From Octopus sinensis (lineage: Eukaryota), in NCBI RefSeq assembly GCF_006345805.1, contig NC_043012.1:57970001-58034000 (forward strand): a DNA stretch of 64,000 nt, in the 5' to 3' direction. The position numbers and the translations under genes were made by a program. Under the pieces are notes generated by a model. It saw only the letters and a list, made by a program, of their open reading frames with translations. It had not been told where the DNA came from and made no database searches. How positions within the stretch are numbered: the first letter of the stretch is position 1; the number at the start of each line of letters is the position of its first letter. Shown piece by piece: positions 52,282-64,000 of this stretch.

Positions 52282-53078
52282 CAGGGTACTCTGGTCTACA
52301 GGGAATTTCAATCCCAGAGCCTAAATCAGTGAGGGACCTGGGTATCGACATGAGTGATGATACCTCTTTCCAAGTGTACATTACCAGGATGGCGACAAAG
52401 TACAGACGACTAGCTGGATGGTTCCTGAAAACATTCAGAGCCAGAGATAACGAAACCATGATGGGCCTCTGGAGGAGATTCGTCATCAGTCATCTGGATT
52501 ACTGCTCACAGCTATGGTCACCCACCAATTTGAGATTAACAGCGGACCTTGAAGCAATCAAGAGAAGCTTCACAAAGAAGATCGTCTCTTAGCAACAGCT
52601 CAGCTACTGGGAAAAGCTGAAACAATTAAGACTCTATTCCTTGGAGAGAAAACGGGGAGTATGCAGTAATATACATCTGGAAGGAATTGTGCCAAATTTC
52701 GGCATTGAAAGCTACACCAAACCCAGAACGGGACGACACTGCATAGTACCAAAGATCCCAGCTATGCCATCGCGCTTCAGGACCAGCTACTGCAACAGCC
52801 TGGGCTTCAGGGGCCCACAGCGTTTTAATATTCTCCCAAAGAGCCTGATGAACCAGCATAAAGTAGATGTAGGCGTTTTTAAATCAAAGCTGGACATTTT
52901 TCTGTCGAGACTCCCAGATGAACTTACCTCACGGCAAGAGGTGCAAATGAGGGTAGCTACATAAAACTCCATTCTTCACCAAGTGCCACATATTGGAGGA
53001 GGCTTTCAGTAATAACAGTGTCGCAAAACGGCGGTGCATCAGCATGGTCGCAGCTATGAGCTGAAACTACAAAAAAAA
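52282..53078 (+). mobile_element. CR1/L2-type LINE, 5'-truncated 3' fragment (copy 1)
   Basis: SVRDLGI, HLDYCSQLWSP, LEAIKRSFTKKI*..SYWEKLKQLRLYSLER, FKSKLDIFL. One stop and one frameshift. Ends in a short poly-A. Confidence 0.9.
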
Positions 53079-53099
53079 TATATATGTGTGTGCGTGTAT

Positions 53100-53147
<48 letters not shown>

Positions 53148-53181
53148 ATGTGTGTGGTGTGTGTGTGTGTGTGTGTGTGTG

Positions 53182-53214
<33 letters not shown>

Positions 53215-53584
53215 TGTGTATGGGTGAATATACTTATGTTCATATATGTGTACATATAAATATGCCTGTATGTTTGTAAGTATTTATTTACACACGCACA
53301 AACATACACACACAGACACGCACACATATTTATACAGGAGGTGGTGCTGTGAAAAGTAGTTCTTGCTTTAAGGGCAGTGCGAAAGACCTGGCTGCCGACC
53401 CAAACTTCCTAGTTCTGTTGCAGAGCTTAGAAAACCTGAAGGACTGATGCAATTAGTGTGTAAATTTGAGAGGGGAAAATGCTAAATAAAATCATAATTA
53501 CCTTATCCCCCTGTATTCTATTTTACCCAAACCCATGGAATTTCTGCACCACCTTGTATATATATACATACATACATACATGCA

Positions 53585-53640
<56 letters not shown>

Positions 53641-53643
<3 letters not shown>

Positions 53644-54437
53644 GGTACTCTGGTCTACAGGGAATTTCAATCCCAGAGCCTAAATCAGTGAGGGACCTGG
53701 GTATCGACATGAGTGATGATACCTCTTTCCAAGTGTACATTACCAGGATGGCGACAAAGTACAGACGACTAGCTGGATGGTTCCTGAAAACATTCAGAGC
53801 CAGAGATAACGAAACCATGATGGGCCTCTGGAGGAGATTCGTCATCAGTCATCTGGATTACTGCTCACAGCTATGGTCACCCACCAATTTGAGATTAACA
53901 GCGGACCTTGAAGCAACCAAGAGAAGCTTCACAAAGAAGATCGTCTCTTAGCAACAGCTCAGCTACTGGGAAAAGCTGAAACAATTAAGACTCTATTCCT
54001 TGGAGAGAAAACGGGGAGTATGCAGTAATATACATCTGGAAGGAATTGTGCCAAATTTCGGCATTGAAAGCTACACCAAACCCAGAACGGGACGACACTG
54101 CATAGTACCAAAGATCCCAGCTATGCCATCGCGCTTCAGGACCAGCTACTGCAACAGCCTGGGCTTCAGGGGCCCACAGCGTTTTAATATTCTCCCAAAG
54201 AGCCTGATGAACCAGCATAAAGTAGATGTAGGCGTTTTTAAATCAAAGCTGGACATTTTTCTGTCGAGACTCCCAGATGAACTTACCTCACGGCAAGAGG
54301 TGCAAATGAGGGTAGCTACATAAAACTCCATTCTTCACCAAGTGCCACATATTGGAGGAGGCTTTCAGTAATAACAGTGTCGCAAAACGGCGGTGCATCA
54401 GCATGGTCGCAGCTATGAGCTGAAACTACAAAAAAAA
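53641..54437 (+). mobile_element. CR1/L2-type LINE fragment (copy 2)
   Basis: Same as copy 1, including the same disabling lesions. Confidence 0.9.
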
Positions 54438-54452
54438 TATATATGTGTGTGC

Positions 54453-54497
<45 letters not shown>

Positions 54498-54989
54498 GTC
54501 AACATATATTTCGTTAACATGCAATACTAAAATTCAGTGTTAACGGGAGCTTAAAATTCCGATGAATCTTTCCATGGTCTGAAAATGAAAACATCTCTGT
54601 TTCCCTTGTCATGCAAAGGTTACCAAATCTATGTACTGTATATCGATGAATTATAATCAATTTACAAAATGTCTTGTATTCACTTCCAAAATATCGGACG
54701 TAGACACATTCCGAGTCGTCACATTCAAAATCCACCCCCTCTTCTCCACACCCTCCAAAACAACAACAAAAAAAGTTGAATTCCTGCGCATCGAAAGAAA
54801 CAGTAGAAAGAATATGAAGCGATAAACAAAAGCAGAACAAAATTAGAAAGTGAGAAAAGAAAAAGATACATCAACTAATATTTTGATTATGACTTATAAA
54901 TCTTCATTTTCCTAAAGTTGCTAAAATAATGATATTCATAAGACATATCTACATCGATCTGTGTTTGCTTTGTTTCCTGGTTTCCTGTT

Positions 54990-56400
<1,411 letters not shown>

Positions 56401-56539
56401 CGACAAATCCATTTAACACTTCATTCGTATTAATCTTTATCGACAGACTCTATTCTATCATCCATATTCTTCTCATAAAGGGGTTTAGTGTGCTAGAGAC
56501 CATATCCATATTTCTTTTATATCTTTACAAATCTATATC

Positions 56540-57245
56540 TCGTGAATCTGCGATAGTCTTTGTTTCACACAAAATTTAATCTTGATCTTTGTCTCATTCT
56601 CATTATTTCCTTAAAACCGGAGCTCAGTATCTTTTCTATTGCGATTACATTTTTTTGTAACCTGAGTTTCATGCCTTTTCCATTCTCATTGTTTATTTTA
56701 TCACGCGAGCAAGATGAGTGTGATTTTCATTGTACGTCTCATGACATGAGCTCAAACTCTCAGCAAATTATTTTTTCGTTTGTTAATAGCATACTATGTG
56801 TCATTGATTATCATTTTGTCTCCTTTTATATTTGAGCTTGATCACTGCTATTTCTCTTCCATTTTGAGCCAGATCTTTCGTTCTCCTGTTATTTTCTCAT
56901 AATTATTTGTGCTGGATCTATCTTCCATTGTTAATACTTATCTTATCACTTGAGCCCGATTTATCTTTCATTGCGAGTGTTACTGTTACTATTTGAGCTC
57001 GAATTTGCTTTGTCATTCTTTCTCTGATTCCTTGAGCCCGATTTATCTTTCATTGCGAGTATTACTGTTAATACTTGATCTCGATTTTGCTTTGTTATTC
57101 TTTCTCTGATCCCTTGAGCCCGGTTTCTCTTTCATTATCATTAGCTGTGTAAACATCTGAGCTCGGCGTTTCTTTGCCGCTGTTTCTCCTATCCCTTGAA
57201 TCCGTTTTCTCTTTCATTGTTATTGTGTTTACCGCTCCAGCTAAC
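56540..57245. repeat. ~41-bp minisatellite with an 82-bp (39+43) higher-order unit and TTGAGCYCGA cores
   Basis: cttgagcccg (or close variant) at 56949, 57031, 57113 and 57195, with alternating gagctc/gatctc cores between them. Degenerate units continue leftward. Confidence 0.85.
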
Positions 57246-57571
57246 GAAGAAACAATTCGTTCGATATACTGGAAGTAACAACCAACCTCTGCTAAAATCA
57301 GATTCAAACTTTCTTAAGTATTGGTGATAAATTACGCATTTCAGTTACTGACATGCAAAATAGCCGGACGGTTTCAGTTGTAATAATTTGATTACAGGTC
57401 AACTGAATTAGCGCTACAGTAGCAAAAAACACCATTAACAATAACAAGAATAGTATTCAACTTTAGAAGCAATAATGAAGCCCTTCGCAGTTTTTCGACT
57501 TGCTATCAGAATTTTCAAAAATCTATTTCAAGCCTGAATCACTCCATCTTAAAACAGTGAATAAAATATTC

Positions 57572-57783
57572 TTTTCTACTCTAGGCATAAGGCCTGAAAG
57601 TTTTGGGGAGGGGGTCAGTCGATTAGTTCGACACCAGTACGCAACTGGTATTTGATATATCGACCCCAAAAGGATGAAAGGCAAAGTCGACCTCAGTGAA
57701 ATTTGAACTCGGAACGTAAAGACAGATGAAATACTGCTAAGCTTTCGCCCAGCGTGCTAACCTTTCTACCAGCTCGCTGCCTT
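57572..57783 (-). mobile_element. SINE D monomer
   Basis: Tail, body and head all recognisable. Confidence 0.8.
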
Positions 57784-59408
57784 ACGGTGATATAAATATT
57801 AGAAAATGTTCTCCTAGATTCTCAATGCTGAATTAAAAAGTATGATTTAATAATCATGGTTTGAACATCATGAACATATTACTGTTTCATCACGGCTGAC
57901 CTAAGACAACAACAACAATAACTGCAGCAATAGTAACAAAAGTAAGAACTTGGAATCTCTAACTAGAAAAATTGAGAAGCTGCACCAAAAACAGGTCGAT
58001 CGTTGTGTTTTAGATTGGTTGGTTAAAGGCCCTGCTCAGGACCCGTTTAAGGGCCTCTGAGACTGGTGGGAGATATAGGAAAGTCTGCTCAAACTGGAGA
58101 GTTTCTCTAAATGCTTATAATAAATTGGAATTCATTAATGGCAACCGAGGTATCAGTTGGTGCTGTGCAATCTACTGCTCAAAATTCTATCTGTAACTAA
58201 AGGCTTTGGAAGTCACGATTTCATTTGTGTTAGCTGTACCGGAAGTTGATAATCTTTTTAGTAGCTTTTAAGTGTATTGTGGCTTAGCCGTATACTCTGA
58301 AATTGTTTACTGATTATAATAATCGATTTTATTCTTCACCTCTCCACTATATTTCGCACACGATGCTGAGTTTGCTGTACTTTTTAAACACGCGACTTTA
58401 TGAGAATTGTCTTAGCTGATTAAGATCTAGTATACTACGACTATTAAGTCGTTTGGTTTAGTAACATGCAATATTCTGTCACGGTCCTTTGGGAAATATT
58501 ACTAAAGTTTAATTATATCTTCTAGCTTTAGAATTGTTTTCTTTGAGTTTTATTTTGTGTGCTAAATTTAGCAGAGTTCCATTATATGTTCTTCGATTCG
58601 CGGAATATCTCGCGGTTCTCTGTTTTGTTTTGAGTTGTATTTTTTTGTCAAATTAATATTTTGACCATTTATTGGTACTTGAAACTGATAGGGGAAGTTC
58701 TGATATTCCTTCAGAAATATTCCTCCTCCCCCTCCTATCCGTGTCTACCAATAAGGACTCTTTGATTAACCGTTAATTTCTTTAATGATTGCAGGAATTT
58801 CTGCATGCTACTTACTCTAGGAATCTAAATGGGAATACCAGAGGAATATATTTTTCCACCTAAGGCAACAGGAATAAATTATTATTACAAGAATTTTAAT
58901 TTAATAAGTTACGATAATTTGAATTTTTAAAATTTTTCTTCTTTTCCCACTTATTTTATTTTATTTATTTTTTTTCATTCAACGGAAATTTCGATTTCAA
59001 CACCACTCGTATAATTTATGCCACAGTCACGCTGAACACAAATGCGTACACACACGTACACACACACGCACTTTTACCATATGCCCCTGTGTTTGTATGC
59101 GTGTATGTGTGTATGTATAACAGAAAAAAAATATTACTCGAAGAAAATAAACGAGTGAGCGATATGTGGCATTGAGATTTTCCCTATGTATTGCCATGTT
59201 ACAAGGTGTGAATCGTAAATTCCGCGCACATGCAAAATGACACATTTAAACATTTACATCCGTACATACACTTATACGCACACCGCACGCATGCAAGCAC
59301 ACACGCACATACACACACATACATACAGACGTTCACACACAGCCGCACACAAACACACACACATACACACAAATATACACACATAGACATATACATTTAC
59401 ACATACAG

Positions 59409-59446
<38 letters not shown>

Positions 59447-59589
59447 AGACAAACACACACACACAGCTGTTCGATAACATCATTCGTTTCTTTCTGCTGT
59501 TATTTAAATTAACACGAAACATATCGTTAATTATAGTGTTTTGTAGCTCTGTTCTTCCGCTATAATTCTTGCTTATCGGTTGTGAAATG

Positions 59590-59920
59590 TGAATAAATCT
59601 CTCCTCTTTTCAGACATACGACTGCATGGTGCCAAGTCGATAACAAAATGAGCAGTTTTGACATGTGCTTTTCTTCGCTCTCAGCTCATGTTCCGAAACT
59701 GTCATGGTCGCTTAAGACATTTTTCGTCCGTACGAAGAAGGTACTTTTACAAAAAGAACTGCCCAGACATGATCTCAGAAGCACGAAGGTAAGAAAATTC
59801 GATCTCATAGTATCTACGAGTTCCATTCCAGCCGAATTATTCACTTCAATGAGGTTCCATTGAACCAGCACAACCTCAAAGATCCGTGTCAGTCTACTAA
59901 GGAATTGACCCAAATGTAAA
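59590..59920 (+). mobile_element. mariner transposase N-terminal remnant
   Basis: Broken frame NEQF*HVLFFA...DIFRPYEEGTFTKRTAQT*...FNEVPLNQ...DPCQSTKEL matches the mariner HTH N-terminus pattern. Confidence 0.6.
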
Positions 59921-60146
59921 TTCGACAAAATTTAATTTGCCAAAATATTTTGGCAAATTAAATTTAAATTTTGAGGTGAATCTAACGGTTTTGCGTGTTT
60001 CTTAAATGGCTTATAAACACCTTACACGCTGCAATTGTTTTAGTTCCCGCACACGATCTCAGATCAGGTCACTTGCGATGCAAGTACATCTCCGTTTTAT
60101 TTACTGATTTGTTAAAATTATTGCTGAAATATAAATGTAGACAAAT

Positions 60147-60941
60147 GAGTTAATCTGACATCCCAACACACACACACACATGTTTAGACAGTGTCACATG
60201 ACAACTGGCTGGGACTGCCTGCTGGAACCTAGCAGCGGGTATTTAAAGGGAAATTTGACAAGACAGTCAGTCGCCCGCCGACACTCGTTGACGCAACATC
60301 GAAGAGGTCATGAAACAGAAGAAAGAAAGAGAAAGAAGACATGCACTCAACACCAGAGCTGAAGACACCTCCGAAAGGACGGGGGGGGGGCACGTTAAAA
60401 CGGTAGAGCAGTAGGAGCCGAAACCGGACGTGGTTCAACCTGATGATGTCTTCAGGTAACTGGATCATATAAAGGGTCTGTTGTGGTAGCAGAGCACGAA
60501 ACATGTTGAATTTCCTCCTTCCTTAGACGAACGAGTTAATCTGACATCCCAATACACACACACACACACATGTTTAGACAGTGTCACATGACAACTTGCT
60601 GGGACTGCCTGCTGGAACCTAGCAGCGGGTATTTAAGGGAAATTTGACAAGACAGTCAGTCGCCCGCCGACACTCGTTGACGCAACATCGAAGAGGTCAT
60701 GAAACAGAAGAAAGAAAGAGAAAGAAGACATGCACTCAACACCAGAGCTGAAGACACCTCCGAAAGGACGGGGGGGGGGCACGTTAAAACGGTAGAGCAG
60801 TAGGAGCCGAAACCGGACGTGGTTCAACCTGATGATGTCTTCAGGTAACTGGATCATATAAAGGGTCTGTTGTGGTAGCAGAGCACGAAACATGGTTGAA
60901 TTTCCTCCTTCCTTAGACGAACGAGTTAATCTGACATCCCA

Positions 60942-60945
<4 letters not shown>
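60147..60945. repeat. 390-bp tandem repeat (about 2.1 copies), LTR/pLTR-like
   Basis: gagttaatctgacatccc at 60147, 60533 and 60923. The copies differ at about three positions. TATA-like and cagtcagt motifs are inside. Confidence 0.9.
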
Positions 60946-60959
<14 letters not shown>

Positions 60960-60982
<23 letters not shown>

Positions 60983-61430
60983 CACACACACACACACATA
61001 TTGTATGCGATGCAAATATTATCAGTTGTAGAACTTAAGACGTAGTGTAGACAAATATCTTCATTACATCTACAAGATGCTTGTGAACGATGAAAACAGC
61101 CATGAACAACCACGGCGATACCCGAGTAAACATATATTCTTATACAATAACACATGCACACACGCACACACACATACACACAAACACACACACACACACA
61201 CACATAGACACACACACACACACATATTGTATGCGATGCAAATATTATCAGTTGTAGAACTTAAGACGTAGTGTAGACAAATATCTTCATTACATCTACA
61301 AGATGCTTGTGAACGATGAAAACAGCCATGAACAACCACGGCGATACCCGAGTAAACATATATTCTTATACAATAACACATGCACACACGCACACACACA
61401 TACACACAAACACACACACACACACAAACA
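60960..61430. repeat. 226-bp tandem duplication bounded by (CA)n
   Basis: ttgtatgcga at 61001 and 61227. The unique parts appear identical. Confidence 0.9.
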
Positions 61431-61789
61431 CACACCCTCTCTCTCTCTCTCACACACACACATACATTAACAGACATATAACTCTGTACGATAGTCCTAG
61501 AGGAATATATTTTTCTGCCTACGGCAAAGAAATAAATTATTGCAGAGTTTATAATTTAATAAATTAAGTTAATTTGAATTTTCGTGTTATTTTTCTGTTC
61601 TATCTTTTTTTTTAGATTCAACTGAAGTTTCCAATTCCACACTACTCTTATCTTCTACCATACAATCCTGAAGAACGTCCATGCACACACATACTTAAGC
61701 AGAAACATTTACGCACACAAATATATACATATAATAAATTTATATATGTATATATATATATATATATATACATATCTTTCTCTTTTTCT

Positions 61790-62176
61790 CTTTTACTTGT
61801 TTCAGTCATTTGACTGCGGCGATGCTGGACCACCGCCTTTAGTCGAGCAAATCAACCCCAGGTCTTATTCTCTGGAAGCCTAGTACTTATTCTATCGGTC
61901 TCTTAGGTCGAACCGCTAAGTTACGGGGACGTAAACACACCACCATCGGTTGTCAAGCGATGTTGGCGGGACAAACACAGACGCACAAACATATACACAC
62001 ATACATATCTCCGACGGGCTTCTTTCCGTTTCCGTCTACCAAATCCACTCACAAGTTTTTGGTCGGCCCGAGGCTATAGTAGAAGACACTTGCCCAAGGT
62101 GCCAGGCAGTGGGAATGAACTCGGAATCATGTGGTTGGCGAGCAAGCTATTTACCATTCTGCCACTCCTGCGCCTA
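61790..62176 (-). mobile_element. SINE C, full length
   Basis: Reverse-complement match, tail to head. Confidence 0.85.
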
Positions 62177-62189
62177 CGAAAAAAAAGCG

Positions 62190-62505
62190 AAGTCGACCTC
62201 TGCAGAATTTGAACTCAGAACATAAAGACATTTTGCCCGGCGTACTAACGATTCTGCTAGCTCACACCACCTAACTGAAGAAAATAATGTTGGTTCCTAA
62301 TATGGCGCAAAGTTAGCAATTTCGTGGGAGAGAGTAAGTCGATTACATCGATTCCACTACTTACCCGGTATATACTTCATCGATCTGGAAATGATGACAG
62401 GCAATATCGACATCGACAGGATTTGAACTCAGAAAGCTAAAGCAGACAAAACGCCGCTAATCATTCTTCTCCAGTGAGCTAACGCTTCTGCCAGCTCGTC
62501 GCCTT
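62190..62505 (-). mobile_element. SINE D fragments, degenerate
   Basis: gaatttgaactcagaa bodies and a ccagctcgtcgcctt head. Confidence 0.65.
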
Positions 62506-62784
62506 ACAGAGCGCATAAAGTATTGAAACTTTTGAGATTAACCACGAAACCTATAACAAGTTAGCTTGCGTAGAATTTTAAAGCCGGCATTCATGAATTT
62601 ATGATTCACAAGTAGATTCCAACGAACCCTGGGAACCTATTACTACCTTGTGACAATATTTGAAAGCAATATGTTATGTGCTCTTGCTGTGTCAATTTAA
62701 TTGTATGCGAAGCAGATTCATGGGTCCTCTCTATAGGGTTACCAGACCTATTAGATTGTTGTTACAAAGGACTTCTATCTACGT

Positions 62785-63144
62785 AGGCGCAATGGCCCAG
62801 TGGTTAGGGCAGCGGACTCGCGGTCATAGGATCGCGGTTTCGATTCCCAGACCGGGCGTTGTGAGTGTTTATTGAGCGAAAACACCTAAAGCTCCACGAG
62901 GCTCCAGCAGGGGATGGTGGTGATCCCTGCTGTACTCTTTCACCACAACTTACTCTCACTCTTACTTCCTGTTTCTGTTGTACCTGTATTTCAAAGGGCC
63001 GGCCTTGTCACTCTCTGTGTCACGCTGAATATCCCCGAGAACTACGTTAAGGGTGCAAGTGTCTGTGGAGTGCTCAGCCACTTACACGTTAATTTCACGA
63101 GCAGGCTGTTCCGTTGATTCGGATCAACCGGAACCCTCGTCGTC
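62785..63144 (+). mobile_element. SINE B, full length, with TSD
   Basis: A/B-box head. atctacgtagg is duplicated at 62777-62787 and 63150-63160. Confidence 0.9.
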
Positions 63145-63423
63145 CATCCATCTACGTAGGGTAAAACTCTTTTGGGGAAAACCCATTTCTCATTAAGACA
63201 AATTTACCATCTATTTTGCATAAGCCAAAACAACGTGGTAAACAGTTTTCTGGGCACTGGTTTAGGACCAAAGATAGCCTCTGGCCCTCTCGATCAACTG
63301 GTAGTAACAACCACAAGATTCCGTATCTCGATGTCATCCCTAAAATCTTGTAAAAGATAGGCTATAGTGCATTAAAGTAAGAGTATGTGCTCAAGGACCA
63401 GGTATTTTTACACCTTTTATCTT

Positions 63424-63800
63424 TTACTTGTCTCACTCATAAGACTGCGGCCAAGCTGTAGTACCGCCTTGAAGTATTTAGTCGAACAAGTCGACACACT
63501 TATACCTATTCATGTATGTCTGGTTTTTATTCTATCCTTCTCATTTATTGAAATTTTGTTACAAAGCTTAAACAAACCGACACCGGTTGTCAAGCGGTGT
63601 TGGAGTCAAAGAGTCACATATATACACATGCACACGCAAACACTCTCATATACACAGACGCATTTATATACGATGTGCATCCACACAGTTTCCGTATATC
63701 AAATCTATTCACAAGGCATTGGTCGATCCGGGGCTATAGTAACACTCATTCGCCCAAAGTAGGTTTGAACTCGCAATTGCATAGTTATAAAGCGGGTTTC
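63424..63800 (-). mobile_element. SINE C, degenerate
   Basis: Tail ttttacttgtctc..gactgcggcc and core ggggctatagta. Confidence 0.65.
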
Positions 63801-63814
63801 TTACGCGCACAACC

Positions 63815-64000
63815 ATGCTTGTTCCTTCTCAAGACATGCCTGGCTCATTAGGGCCGGCTTCCCGGTTTCCTTGGCGTATAGGTTCCCCACCTGGGCGCCG
63901 GTCCGTCGCAGGTGAGCTGCAAGATACAGGAGGAAAGAGTGAGAGAAAGTTGTGGCGAAAGAGTCAGCAGAAGTTCGCCATTACCTTCTGCCGGAACCGA
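63815..64000 (-). mobile_element. SINE E 3' part (runs off the window)
   Basis: Reverse complement matches 24180-24340. Confidence 0.7.

Larger units (their letters stand above)
51770..54495. repeat. ~1.36-kb direct tandem duplication
   Basis: Offset of 1359 bp across the LINE part. Only two substitutions and one indel seen outside the microsatellites. Confidence 0.95.

Noticed and set aside
54684-54783. Minus-strand exon candidate with a strong pyrimidine tract
   Set aside because: 100 nt long, weak donor, and a low-complexity peptide (FFCCCFGGCG) typical of intronic sequence.
56540-57245. CRISPR-like repeat-spacer array or a Ser/Asn/Lys-rich coding repeat
   Set aside because: The cores are only about 10 bp, the spacers are homologous to each other, there are no cas genes and the context is eukaryotic. 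The 82-bp period shifts frame and introduces stops.
57900-58260. HDFICVSCTG zinc-finger-like peptide (possible RTE fragment)
   Set aside because: Too short and too decayed to assign.
60359-60429. Separate hammerhead built on CTGAAGA (60359-60365) and the GAAA at 60420
   Set aside because: The first stem II pairs are mismatched and there is no stem I partner next to the core.

Overview
AT-rich, microsatellite-dense animal DNA with no host protein-coding gene, rRNA, tRNA gene or CRISPR array that I can support. The repeat inventory looks like an octopus/coleoid cephalopod intron or intergenic region; this is an inference from recalled repeat families, not a database match. Most supplied ORFs are translations of (TA)n/(CA)n/trinucleotide repeats, or of transposon remnants and SINEs. 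Recognisable content: a non-autonomous Helitron, three mariner remnants, two DD37D (maT-like) transposons, R4/Dong, RTE and CR1/L2-type LINE fragments, a MITE, and dozens of copies of about six tRNA-headed SINE families, which I label A-F for this window only. The best leads are: (i) SINE D, which occurs as modular tandem arrays with fixed re-entry points; (ii) two decayed HDV-like ribozyme folds and hammerhead-like motifs in a 390-bp tandem unit; (iii) a 3' tail shared by SINE C and a CR1/L2-type LINE; (iv) a phased 39/43-bp array of GAGCTC palindromes; (v) several microsatellite-bounded tandem duplications, which could be assembly artefacts; and (vi) a few weak candidate small exons. Most repeat boundaries are approximate (within about 10-30 bp).
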